DNA of 64,000 nucleotides, from assembly GCA_977020255.1 (NCBI GenBank), contig CDROCS010000253.1, forward strand, positions 310,001 to 374,000. Direction: 5' to 3'. A model generated the notes under the pieces. That model searched no databases and had not been told where the DNA came from. It worked only from the letters and a program-made list of their open reading frames with translations. Positions 51,006 through 60,798 of the stretch are shown here, one piece after another. Positions within the stretch are counted from its first letter, which is position 1. Every line of letters starts with the position of its first letter. The translations under genes were made by a program, and so were the position numbers. This stretch comes from Obrimoposthia wandeli (lineage: Eukaryota).

Positions 51006-53630
51006 TTATTTACTCATTTGTTGAATAATATAATCTCTTGTGTGCTGAGACGACATAGGTTTGGCAAAGTAGTAACCTTGGCCGTATACACAGTCCATTT
51101 GTTGTAACAACTGGGCATCGGCTAAATTTTCAATTCCTTCGCCAACGGTAGACATCTGTAAATTACTAGCCAAATCAACAATAGTTCTAATAATGGCACG
51201 ATGATTATCGTGCTCGTGAACATTACTGATAAAGGATCTATCTATTTTCAGTACATCAATAGGAAAACGATGTAAATAGCTTAAGCTTGAGTAGCCAGTA
51301 CCAAAATCATCGAGTAATATTTTTACCCCCATATTTTTCAAAGCTTGCATATTAGTCAGTACTATCTCAGCATTTTCCAACAGTGCACGCTCAGTTAACT
51401 CTACGCGTAAATGATGGGGAGCTAAGCCGGTATTTTTTAATATTTTTTCAATATCTTGCGGTAAGCTGCTACTAAAAAACTGCTTGGAAAATAAATTACA
51501 ACTGACATAAAGATCATCACAGCCTAGCTCCTCCTGCCAACGTTTCAACTGCTGACAGGATTTTTCAATAATTTGAATATCAATTTCTTGAATTAAATCA
51601 GTTTCCTCAGCCAGCGGAATGAAATCATTAGGGTAAACAAAACCACGCTTAGTGCTTTTCCAACGTGCGAGTGCTTCAAAACCTTTAAGTTCTTGGTTAT
51701 CCAGTTTAAGTATTGGCTGGAAATAAGGAATAAATTCCTGCCAACCAATCGCTTCTCTGATATCAGCCTCAAGGCTTAAAGCATTTTGTACCTTTTGATG
51801 CATACTGTCATCAAAGACTTCATAACGCCCCCTACCATTGTCTTTAGCATGGTACATAGCCGTATCTGAATCTCTGAGCATAGTATTGGCATCAGCATAG
51901 CGTTTATTACTAAACGATATGCCAATACTAGTACCTGTATATACTAACTGATTATCGATAGTGAAAGGCTGTTGAAGAAAAGTAGTGATGCGTTTTGCTA
52001 CATCAAAGGCTTCTTCGTTTGTTTTCAAGTCTTCAATTAAAATAACAAATTCATCACCACCTAAGCGAGCAACGGTATCTTTGCCGCGAACAATAGCTAA
52101 TAATTCTCGAGCTATTATTTTCAACAAAAGATCTCCAGCATGATGCCCTAAACTGTCATTAACCACTTTGAAGCGGTCTAAGTCTAAAAACAGTACGGCA
52201 AAAGAAAAATCATTTTTGCGCTTAGCACAGGCAATGGCATGATTGAGTAAATCAAGAAACAAGGCTCTGTTAGGTAGCCCGGTCAAACTATCATGGGCAG
52301 CGGTGTGTTTTAATAATTTTTCAGCTTGTTTACGATGGCTAATTTCATCTTCAAGGGCAAGGGTACGTAGCTTAACTTGCTGTTCTAATAGCTCATGACT
52401 GCGTCGTTCAAAATCAGCGAGTTCTCTACGTTTAATGGCTGTCGAAACATGGTTAGAAACAAAGTTAAGTAACTCAGCATCTTGTTGATTATAAGTGGTT
52501 TTATAGTCATAGCTTTGTAAAACCATGACACCAAGTAACTGCCCTGAATAAATTAATGGCACACCTAACCAAGAATGGATGTCAGCTTGCGGCTTTGTCG
52601 TTTCACCTTCCAGATGTAGGCCCATCATATCTTGATAGGTAAGTAATACGGTTTCACGACGTCGCAGCACTAAGTCTGAATAGAGGTTTGAAAGCTTTCT
52701 TGGCTGGAAATCAGTGGCTAAACCAGATGAATTTTCATCTACATAATAGGAAAAATGTAAGGTATTGCTTATTTGTTCATATTTGGCAATAAAAAAATTC
52801 TTAGCATTGATCAACTGGCCGATAATATTGTGAACCTTACTATAGAAAGTATCTATATCCAGTTCAATATCTGTGGTTAGTTCCGATATTCGATATAAAG
52901 ATTCTTGTAATAACTCAGATTTTTCTCGTTCACGAATTTGTGCCATCAATTCTTTAGTACGCGCATTAACGGCATTTTTCAAACGTTGTTGATCTTGTAA
53001 GCGCACCATAGCGCCAACAATGTGCTGAGCAGCAAAGGTAAGTAAATTCAAATCGTTTTCATTATAACGAATTTTTTCATCATAACTTTGTACGGTAATC
53101 GTACCAATAACTAAGCCATTTTGAAGTAAAGGCACCCCCAACCAGTCTGTACCACGGGCGCCAAACCGCTTAATTTTATAATGATCAAAGAGTTGTTTTT
53201 CTAATTCTGGGGTTAACAGTAGCGGCTGTTTTGATTCTATAACTAAATTAGTACATGAACCTTCATAATCTTGATAATCAATGATGCCTGACGGTTTTTC
53301 ATCTTTTTCATCAAGATAATAAACAAACTCTAGTGTTTCAAACGTTTGATCATAAAGCACAATAAAGAAGTTTTTCGCGGTCATTAACGAAGCGATAGTA
53401 TTATGTACTTGTGGATAAAAGCGATCCAGATCATCACATTCTTGTGATAGTTGGTTTAATTTAAAAAGTGCAGTGTAGCGAGCTTGCAAGTCAGCATTTT
53501 TTTTCTCTAGACAATCCACATTCCCAGAGAGATCAGCAATGCTTGCCTCTTTGGCACGTATTAACAGCTCTGCAGCTCTAGTCGTGTTAGCTTGTTGATT
53601 TTCTGGTTTCAAAATGACCACACCGTTCAA
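51006..53630 (-). CDS. GAF-GAF-GGDEF-EAL diguanylate cyclase/phosphodiesterase, motifs intact
   Basis: Two GAF repeats (WLGVPL...IGTITVQSY; WLGVPL...LGVMVLQSY), RGKD I-site five residues before GGDEF, FEALARW, DDFGTGYSS. Confidence 0.95.
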   Translation of the reverse strand: MNGVVILKPENQQANTTRAAELLIRAKEASIADLSGNVDCLEKKNADLQARYTALFKLNQLSQECDDLDRFYPQVHNTIASLMTAKNFFIVLYDQTFETLEFVYYLDEKDEKPSGIIDYQDYEGSCTNLVIESKQPLLLTPELEKQLFDHYKIKRFGARGTDWLGVPLLQNGLVIGTITVQSYDEKIRYNENDLNLLTFAAQHIVGAMVRLQDQQRLKNAVNARTKELMAQIREREKSELLQESLYRISELTTDIELDIDTFYSKVHNIIGQLINAKNFFIAKYEQISNTLHFSYYVDENSSGLATDFQPRKLSNLYSDLVLRRRETVLLTYQDMMGLHLEGETTKPQADIHSWLGVPLIYSGQLLGVMVLQSYDYKTTYNQQDAELLNFVSNHVSTAIKRRELADFERRSHELLEQQVKLRTLALEDEISHRKQAEKLLKHTAAHDSLTGLPNRALFLDLLNHAIACAKRKNDFSFAVLFLDLDRFKVVNDSLGHHAGDLLLKIIARELLAIVRGKDTVARLGGDEFVILIEDLKTNEEAFDVAKRITTFLQQPFTIDNQLVYTGTSIGISFSNKRYADANTMLRDSDTAMYHAKDNGRGRYEVFDDSMHQKVQNALSLEADIREAIGWQEFIPYFQPILKLDNQELKGFEALARWKSTKRGFVYPNDFIPLAEETDLIQEIDIQIIEKSCQQLKRWQEELGCDDLYVSCNLFSKQFFSSSLPQDIEKILKNTGLAPHHLRVELTERALLENAEIVLTNMQALKNMGVKILLDDFGTGYSSLSYLHRFPIDVLKIDRSFISNVHEHDNHRAIIRTIVDLASNLQMSTVGEGIENLADAQLLQQMDCVYGQGYYFAKPMSSQHTRDYIIQQMSK

Positions 53631-53686
53631 TTATCACTCACTCATCTATCACGTATTTGATAAAACTATTATTAAGAATTAGTGAC

Positions 53687-53989
53687 TTATTGCTGAGCTT
53701 CGGCTTTAGCAGACTTAATAATTTCTTTAACTTTATGTTTGTTACCACAAATTGCCGCTTGTTTTTCATCACGATAATAACGAATATCAATACAATCTTG
53801 TTGGTAACGGCGTTCTAATTCAGTGCGAATAAGTACATCACCTTTGGCATTAATAATACGTTTATGTAAGGCTTGGCACTCTTGAATTTGCTCCGAGGCT
53901 AAAGTGACATCTTCACAAGTATTTTCAACACTTGAGCAACTTGCTAACAAGGTGATAAAAGGCACCACTAATAAAACTAATTTATTCAT
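53687..53989 (-). CDS. Small lipoprotein, hypothetical
   Basis: Lipobox LLASC; four further Cys in a 100-aa protein. Confidence 0.8.
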   Translation of the reverse strand: MNKLVLLVVPFITLLASCSSVENTCEDVTLASEQIQECQALHKRIINAKGDVLIRTELERRYQQDCIDIRYYRDEKQAAICGNKHKVKEIIKSAKAEAQQ

Positions 53990-54020
53990 TTAACTATTCC
54001 ATTTACATTAAGAAACAATT

Positions 54021-54333
54021 TATACCAATTCCAATAAGTTTCTTGCCACTCAGCGAGAGTTAAAAAGCTTAGAGGCAAGGCATTGATTGTAGATAATGGT
54101 TATTCAGGAGAATATACTCCTGCATTCTCTAATAAGCTGCATCCATGCAGCGTCCTTATCAAAATTAATAACGCTGCATGTAATCCTTTTAAACTCGCCC
54201 CTTGGGAGCTTTCCAGCGATTCGATAACCGCACAAAATTTCTTTCATATAGAGTGACTATATGCAAAAAAATTCTATTTGTTCTCAAACCGCTGATAAGC
54301 TCTGAATGGGAACTAACTTAATGGATTTTGTAT
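54021..54333. repeat. Family B element carrying an extra ~50-bp double-hairpin insert
   Basis: Aligns with the reverse complement of 32631-32896 except for an insert containing CAGGAG-AATATA-CTCCTG and GCTGCAT-CC-ATGCAGC. Confidence 0.85.
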
Positions 54334-54349
54334 TATTACTGCAAGCCAT

Positions 54350-54415
54350 TATACCCAAGCAATACCAAATTGCGAGAGCCGATATTGTTATTAACAATAT
54401 CAATTGGTTAGTATA
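54350..54415. repeat. Short TA-flanked palindromic remnant
   Basis: TATACCCAAGC...GATATTGTTA-T-TAACAATATC...GGTTAGTATA. Confidence 0.5.
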
Positions 54416-54453
54416 AACACTATTCTTTAGTGCTTTATTTTTAACCACTTACC

Positions 54454-55176
54454 TTAACTATTTATGCTATTCACTTCCAATATAGTTAACACTCTACTCT
54501 CACCACACTTAAGTGTCTTATCTAAACTTAATTGTCCTATTGAGTGACGATGCAAACCAACAACAGGATTACGAAAACGGCCAAACATACGCTTTATTTG
54601 ATGATACCGACCTTCGGTTAAGATCACCTGTGCTTTAAAAGGAGAAATAATGTGCAACGTTGCAGGTTTCGTCGTTATTTTTTCATAGGGAAAATACATA
54701 CCTTCAGCAAACGCATCAATATATGCAGATGTTAAAGCGTTTTCGAGCGTCACTTGATAACATTTCGCTACTTTATGTTCAGGCGATGTTAATCGTTCAG
54801 ACCAACGGCTATCATTGGTTAATAACACCAGTCCTGAAGTATTTAAATCGAGTCGTCCAACGATATGCAAACTATCACGGATTTCTTGGTCAAACTGTCC
54901 GACGAGTAAATCAATCACCGTTTTATGTTTTTCATCTTTGGTCGCACAAACCACACCAGTAGGTTTATTAAGCATAATATAATGTGTCTGATTAGACTGC
55001 AGTACTTCATCATCCATAACAACATGTGAAAATTGATCAACAATCTGGTCAATATCAAATGCTAATATTCCATCAACTGTTACCCGCTTCTGCGCCAGAA
55101 TCAATCGCACTTTTTTTCGATTAATTTGGCATAAGTCACTAATCAAGCGGTCTAACCGTGTAGTATTAATAGCCAT
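54454..55176 (-). CDS. RsuA-family pseudouridine synthase (S4 + catalytic domain)
   Basis: RLDRLISD S4 domain, LNKPTGVVC, catalytic VGRLDLNTSGL, LTEGRYHQIKRMF. Confidence 0.92.
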   Translation of the reverse strand: MAINTTRLDRLISDLCQINRKKVRLILAQKRVTVDGILAFDIDQIVDQFSHVVMDDEVLQSNQTHYIMLNKPTGVVCATKDEKHKTVIDLLVGQFDQEIRDSLHIVGRLDLNTSGLVLLTNDSRWSERLTSPEHKVAKCYQVTLENALTSAYIDAFAEGMYFPYEKITTKPATLHIISPFKAQVILTEGRYHQIKRMFGRFRNPVVGLHRHSIGQLSLDKTLKCGESRVLTILEVNSINS

Positions 55177-55198
55177 AATTTTTAGAAATGCCCATTAA

Positions 55199-55627
55199 TT
55201 AAATACTGGTCAAAGATTGCTGCTGCGCAATTAAATTAAGTACTTTATGCAATTTAGCCTGTATATAACCCGTTAATAACCTTGGCTGTAATGCCAATAA
55301 GTTCAGCTCTGAAACCGTCATGGCAATAGTGCAAAGTAATTGTTTCTCGCCCTCGTTAAAGCAACAAACCACATCATCAGAAAAGTGGTTAATCATAACT
55401 TCAGTACCCGATAATTTATCCAACGCCTCCTTACATTGCTCGAAACTTGCTGGTGTTTCTAAGGACAATTGAATAATTAAAATGTCATCTTCATTGCCAT
55501 ACCAATTGGCCGTTAAGGTTTGAAAATTAAACTGTGCTGCTAGTTTATTGCTCACTGATTTTATGGTGGTAAACTTATCGATTAAGTCTTTATTTACCTT
55601 AATTGTTATGGGTAGCGCTTCGGTCAT
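55199..55627 (-). CDS. Hypothetical protein
   Basis: 142-aa ORF co-oriented with the pseudouridine synthase; no motif recognised. Confidence 0.7.
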   Translation of the reverse strand: MTEALPITIKVNKDLIDKFTTIKSVSNKLAAQFNFQTLTANWYGNEDDILIIQLSLETPASFEQCKEALDKLSGTEVMINHFSDDVVCCFNEGEKQLLCTIAMTVSELNLLALQPRLLTGYIQAKLHKVLNLIAQQQSLTSI

Positions 55628-55999
55628 CTTTTATGCTCTTCATCTTATAATCAATAAAACTGCGGTAAATTAGCTGATATACCCTAAACTCAATTTTAAT
55701 AGCTCTTTGCTGTATTTCATATAATAACCGCGTTGCACCAAAACTTCAGCTTGTTCACTCAATATCATTAAATGACTTTCATTACCCTACTTCAACTATT
55801 AAAAAAATAACATGACAGTGTATTACAAAACCTACTTAATTAAGGTCGTGAGGTGGGTTCCTATTACTTATTTCAATTTATTGAACACAAAAATTACTTT
55901 CGAACATATTACCTTTAAAAACGAACAAAATTAGCTTACAAAAAAACATAATAAAATAAAATAAAACATAAACAACTAATTTAAAAGGAATTTTATACT

Positions 56000-56015
56000 T
56001 GGCATGATTTTTTCA
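56000..56015 (+). promoter_or_regulatory. Candidate sigma-54 promoter for the exporter operon
   Basis: TGGCATG-N4-TTTCA versus TGGCACG-N4-TTGCA. (C)GAACA direct repeats at 55883, 55902 and 55923 and an AT-rich IHF-like stretch lie upstream; a sigma-54 activator is encoded downstream. Confidence 0.6.
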
Positions 56016-56053
56016 TTACTTATAATATCAGTTTAGAATAACAGTGAAACTTT

Positions 56054-57292
56054 ATGAAAATCGCATTAACTAAAAAACAACCTTGGAAAAAATGGACTGC
56101 TATCGCTAGCTTTACCTTATTAATAGGCTATGCCGGTTATAGCGTTAGCGGTAAAGCAAAAAAATCTATTGCGTTAAGCCAACTAAGCTTTCAAACGGTC
56201 ATTCAAGGCGACTTAGATATTTATGCTAATGCCTATGGTGAATTTGCTTCAGCAAAAGAACGTTTATTAACCGCGCCCGCATTAGGTAAGGTATCTGAAA
56301 TTTTAGTTCGTCCAGGCACTAAAGTAACACCTGACACTATAATTCTCCATTTATCAAACCCTAAGTTAGTACAAGAAGTTAACGCTGCCAATGGTCAACT
56401 TGCTCAACAATTAGCGCAAAGAGAAGCCTTTAAATATGAACAACAAAGTGAACGTTTAAACTATCAAGGTCGCATTGCAGACATTGAAGCCGAGATAGAA
56501 AAAGCACAGCTTGAATTATCAGTAAATAAAAACCTGATGGACTTAGGTGTTTCTTCAAAAATAGAATTACAACGCGCCAAATTAGCCGTTAAACAAGAAA
56601 GTAAAAAGCTGGGTTTTGAAAATAAAAAATACAAACAATTTATCGAAATGCAAGGCTATCAGCTTACTCAGCGTGATATCACCATCAAACAGCAACAAGC
56701 ACAAGTTAGCTTACTTGAACAACAACTTGATGACATGAAAGTAAAAGCAGGTATTAATGGCTCATTACAAACCTTAGAAATTGAATTAGGTCAAAGCGTT
56801 CAATTAGGTGAGTCATTAGCAAAAGTTGGTAGTGATAAAGTACTTATTGCCCGTTTACGCTTACCACAAAACAAAGCAGATCAAATTGATATAAATGCTC
56901 CTGTATTAATTGATACCCAGAAAGGTATTATCAAAGGTCACATCACGCGAATAGAAAGTGTGGTTAGTAACGGTTCGGTTCTTGCTGAGGCAGTTATTGA
57001 CGAAGCACTAACCTCAAATGCCCGCCCTGCATTATCAATATCAGCACAAGTATTTGTTAGCCATAAAAAAGACATTAGCTATATAAAACAAGTGCCTGGA
57101 TTTCGACCTCGCAGTATACAAAGTATTTTTGTCCGCAACACTAACAACACATTAACCCAAAGAGATGTCATCTTTGGCGAGTTATCAAAAAATAAATTAG
57201 TGATCACTTCCGGATTAAAACCTGGCGAGCAGCTAGTGAGTAGTGACACACAAAAATATAATGAATATCCGCAACTTTTAATAACTGAATAA
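56054..57292 (+). CDS. Periplasmic adaptor (membrane fusion protein, MacA/HlyD-like)
   Basis: N-terminal TM, lipoyl-like APALGKVSEIL..PGTKV, long coiled coil, SGLKPGEQLV. Confidence 0.88.
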   Translation: MKIALTKKQPWKKWTAIASFTLLIGYAGYSVSGKAKKSIALSQLSFQTVIQGDLDIYANAYGEFASAKERLLTAPALGKVSEILVRPGTKVTPDTIILHLSNPKLVQEVNAANGQLAQQLAQREAFKYEQQSERLNYQGRIADIEAEIEKAQLELSVNKNLMDLGVSSKIELQRAKLAVKQESKKLGFENKKYKQFIEMQGYQLTQRDITIKQQQAQVSLLEQQLDDMKVKAGINGSLQTLEIELGQSVQLGESLAKVGSDKVLIARLRLPQNKADQIDINAPVLIDTQKGIIKGHITRIESVVSNGSVLAEAVIDEALTSNARPALSISAQVFVSHKKDISYIKQVPGFRPRSIQSIFVRNTNNTLTQRDVIFGELSKNKLVITSGLKPGEQLVSSDTQKYNEYPQLLITE

Positions 57293-57374
57293 CGTTTAAT
57301 AGTTCAATAAAAATAATTGATAAAGGCGAATATGCAGCCGTCGCCATACAACAAAATACATTAAGGAAAACCTA

Positions 57375-58130
57375 ATGAAAAATATAGTTACCATGTCAAA
57401 TATCCACAAACGTTACGACGGTCAGCAAATAGAAACCCATGCGCTACAAGGTGTTAGTTTAGAAATAAATCAAGGCGAGTTTGTTGCTATTACTGGCCCT
57501 TCTGGTTGTGGTAAATCTACCTTACTTTCTATTATGGGTTTAATGGACTCTGCCACTGAGGGAGCATATCAACTAGCCAATATTTCCACGGCAGGCTTAA
57601 AAGTAGACCAACGCACACAAATTCGTAATGAGCATATTGGTTATGTTTTTCAATCGTTCAACTTAATAGATAACTTGACTGTATTTGAAAACGTCGCATT
57701 GCCACTTGAGCATAGAGGTTGCGCTAAAAGCGAGATAAAAACCCGTGTTGAGGCGGTATTAACGCAAGTTGATATGTTACATCGCCAGCACTATCGTCCA
57801 AACCAATTATCGGGTGGTCAGCAACAACGTATTGCTATTGCTCGTGCCCTTGTTGGCAAACCCGATCTTATTTTAGTTGATGAGCCAACGGGTAACTTAG
57901 ACAGTAAAAATGGCGACCAAGTGATGTCATTATTAGAGCAACTTAACAAAGGTGGCTCTACCATTGTTATGGTAACCCATGACAGCCGTTATTCACGCTG
58001 TGCTAGTCGCCAAATTCAACTGCTCGATGGTCAAATTGTTTCAGAGATTAATACTGGGCTAAGTTCACAGCCAAGCTCACAGCTAAAAAATCTTGATATA
58101 AATGAAAAGTCGTTGCAGGGGGTTGCATGA
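57375..58130 (+). CDS. ABC transporter ATP-binding protein (MacB/LolD-like)
   Basis: GPSGCGKS, LSGGQQQR, VDEPTGNLD, VTHD. Confidence 0.96.
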   Translation: MKNIVTMSNIHKRYDGQQIETHALQGVSLEINQGEFVAITGPSGCGKSTLLSIMGLMDSATEGAYQLANISTAGLKVDQRTQIRNEHIGYVFQSFNLIDNLTVFENVALPLEHRGCAKSEIKTRVEAVLTQVDMLHRQHYRPNQLSGGQQQRIAIARALVGKPDLILVDEPTGNLDSKNGDQVMSLLEQLNKGGSTIVMVTHDSRYSRCASRQIQLLDGQIVSEINTGLSSQPSSQLKNLDINEKSLQGVA

Positions 58131-60619
58131 GTTTATTCAAAAAATCATTCTATCAAGGCATAACACGGGTATTTTCATTACCGCGTTTAAGCGTGCCACT
58201 AATATTAACACTTGGCTTAACGTTAGGTGCGGTATTAAGTGTTATTTCAATTTCATCGACCTTGTTGCATCAACCACTGCAAGGAGTTAAGAATGAGGGT
58301 TCACTGCAAACCTTTGACTATCGCTTTAACATGTCAGAGACCTTAAGTGTTTCTTATTGGAACATGAACCGTTTAGTCGATTTTAGTGAGCAGTTTAGCG
58401 ATTTAGGTGAATGGGCTGGTATTGCTCCTTCAGAGCAAGATGTGGTGATAAACAACACTACTTTTGCGACTACCCGTTATGATGCTTCAAGTAATATTCT
58501 GTCGGTATTAGGTAGTCAGTTATTACTTGGCGAGAATGTCACTATTGAATCAACAGAAAAATATGTGTGGATATCTAGAAGCCTTTGGCAAAATGCCTTG
58601 GCTGGCGTTAAATCAGTCATTGGTAAACAAGTAACTATTAACAATAAAAATTATATTATTGCCGGTGTCATTGAAGATGTGATGGCGATAAAAAGTAGAC
58701 GTTCAATTTTGCCGCAGCAAGTGTGGTTTATCGCCAATTTAGCTAAAGTAAAGACGCAAACGGATGCCGTGGGTAATATTAGCAACGATATTGATACCCT
58801 CATACTAAAGTCAACTAATGGCCAAGCAGAATTACCATCACAAGCACAAGTTGATGCATGGTTAGAAGATTACGTCACTCGAAATGTTGATGGCGAACAA
58901 GTACAAATGTTTTTGGACTTCATGAATAATACCAAAAAAATAGCTAAAGGTAACCGTTACCGCAGCAATATGTTAGGTGAAACTGAAAGTCTACTTATCG
59001 CCTTATTTACTGCAGTTATTGGACTGTTATTAATGGCGACCCTTAATTTACTCAATTTATTTATTGCCCATTATCAAGGTAGAACTAAAGAGTTTGCCAT
59101 TCAAATCAGCTTAGGCGCAAGTCTAACAAAAGTAAGATTACTGGTCTTACTTGAGAACCTACCAAGTTTTATTTTAGCGGCATTAACGGGGTTATTAGTT
59201 ACCGGTTGGGCGATAAAAAGTTTACCGTTAATTGCTGGTGATAGTTTACCTATGATAGATGCCATTGGTATTGATAGCACCACCATCTTCGCTTCAATCG
59301 CTATCATCTTAGTGTTAAGCATACTATTTAGTTCCCTCGCACTGGTTGATATTGATAAGCAAGCACTAGGCAATAACCTAAATAGTAGTGGTAAAGGAAT
59401 ACAGGCACAAAGTAATCAATGGCTGAGCCGAGTATTAATGGTGTTACAACTTTCAATTGCCTCGATATTACTAACCGCTTCAGTAATGATAGCGATGCAA
59501 AGCTATCAAGCGGTATATCAAGAGACGGGTTATGATATTGGCAATAGTTATGAAATTGGCATCACAGTTAGCGATGAAGAATACATTACGCAATTAAACA
59601 CTTTTGACTCTTATGGGAAAAGCGAAGCTAAACAATTGCTTGATGGTGTAGCAAGTTTAATAGAGCAAGAAGTAAGCAACAGCCAAGTGGTTGTGCCTAA
59701 CTATGGCCCTTTGTCTGATTCTTTACGCGTAAACGCCTTTCGTGATGAAGACTCCGGAGAGCGAGTTATTCACCAAATAAAGACCTTAGGCGCAAACTAT
59801 TTTTCAACCTTTAAAATCCCTATGCTTGCTGGCGCTAATGTAAGCCAAGCACAAATTGATCATGATGAAGATAGAATTGTTATTGATGAAAATATGGCAA
59901 AAACCTTATTTTCAAACTTAAGCTACCAAGATATTATCGGTAAAACTATTCAAATGAATCCTGATAGTTCCACACCACCGTCAATTGTTACCGGGGTAGT
60001 TGCCAATACCTTAAGTCAGACAGGTATTGCCGATTCATTAGGTTTACCTTCAGTATATTCTCATCGGGTAAGACCTGGTTCTACCATGCAATTTACTGTG
60101 ATGTTACCGCCAGGAAAAACCATTACACCGGCGATGCTAGCAAGCGAACTTAAACGTCAATTCCCGCGTTTAACTAACTTGACCGTACAATCATTAGCAG
60201 ATATTTGGCAGAGACAAACATTGAATCAACGCCTTAGTTTATGGATAGTACTCGCCATGACAGGTCTAACTCTATTTCTTGCCGCTATTGGTGTTGCGGG
60301 TCTAACACAAATGACTACAAACCATCGAAAATATGAACTTGCTGTGCGTATGGCAACGGGCGCCAAACAAGCTAAACTGGTCAAATTTATTTTAAAAGAT
60401 GCTTTGTCTATGTTAGTGGTGGGGTTAGGTTTAGGTTTTATTATCTCTGCCTTTGGTTATCAACAAGTCTCACAAAGCTTAGAAATATTACCTGACTTCA
60501 AATGGTTAGCGATGGCTTTGTTAGATACCGCTTTAGTCATTATTGTTATCTTGTCGGTAATTATGCCAGCATGGCGCGTGATTAGTAGTGACCCTATGCA
60601 AGCGTTACGGGAAGAGTAA
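58127..60619 (+). CDS. ABC transporter permease, duplicated MacB/FtsX type
   Basis: Two periplasmic-core plus FtsX-like repeats (RTKEFAIQISLGAS; RKYELAVRMATGAK), ending SSDPMQALREE; ATGA overlap with the ATPase. Confidence 0.92.
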   Translation: MSLFKKSFYQGITRVFSLPRLSVPLILTLGLTLGAVLSVISISSTLLHQPLQGVKNEGSLQTFDYRFNMSETLSVSYWNMNRLVDFSEQFSDLGEWAGIAPSEQDVVINNTTFATTRYDASSNILSVLGSQLLLGENVTIESTEKYVWISRSLWQNALAGVKSVIGKQVTINNKNYIIAGVIEDVMAIKSRRSILPQQVWFIANLAKVKTQTDAVGNISNDIDTLILKSTNGQAELPSQAQVDAWLEDYVTRNVDGEQVQMFLDFMNNTKKIAKGNRYRSNMLGETESLLIALFTAVIGLLLMATLNLLNLFIAHYQGRTKEFAIQISLGASLTKVRLLVLLENLPSFILAALTGLLVTGWAIKSLPLIAGDSLPMIDAIGIDSTTIFASIAIILVLSILFSSLALVDIDKQALGNNLNSSGKGIQAQSNQWLSRVLMVLQLSIASILLTASVMIAMQSYQAVYQETGYDIGNSYEIGITVSDEEYITQLNTFDSYGKSEAKQLLDGVASLIEQEVSNSQVVVPNYGPLSDSLRVNAFRDEDSGERVIHQIKTLGANYFSTFKIPMLAGANVSQAQIDHDEDRIVIDENMAKTLFSNLSYQDIIGKTIQMNPDSSTPPSIVTGVVANTLSQTGIADSLGLPSVYSHRVRPGSTMQFTVMLPPGKTITPAMLASELKRQFPRLTNLTVQSLADIWQRQTLNQRLSLWIVLAMTGLTLFLAAIGVAGLTQMTTNHRKYELAVRMATGAKQAKLVKFILKDALSMLVVGLGLGFIISAFGYQQVSQSLEILPDFKWLAMALLDTALVIIVILSVIMPAWRVISSDPMQALREE

Positions 60620-60798
60620 GTTTAAGTTTAATGGAACAACTTTAATACTAGCCAAGCCACTACGGTAATTGGCATACTAAGACCAAGTGATTTAATGAAT
60701 GATTCACTTGCTCTAATAAAAGAAACGACTGCATTCTTTCCTTTTAGTCACTTTATTTTAGTTACTTTATTTCAGTAAAGTAACACCGCTTAATTTTT

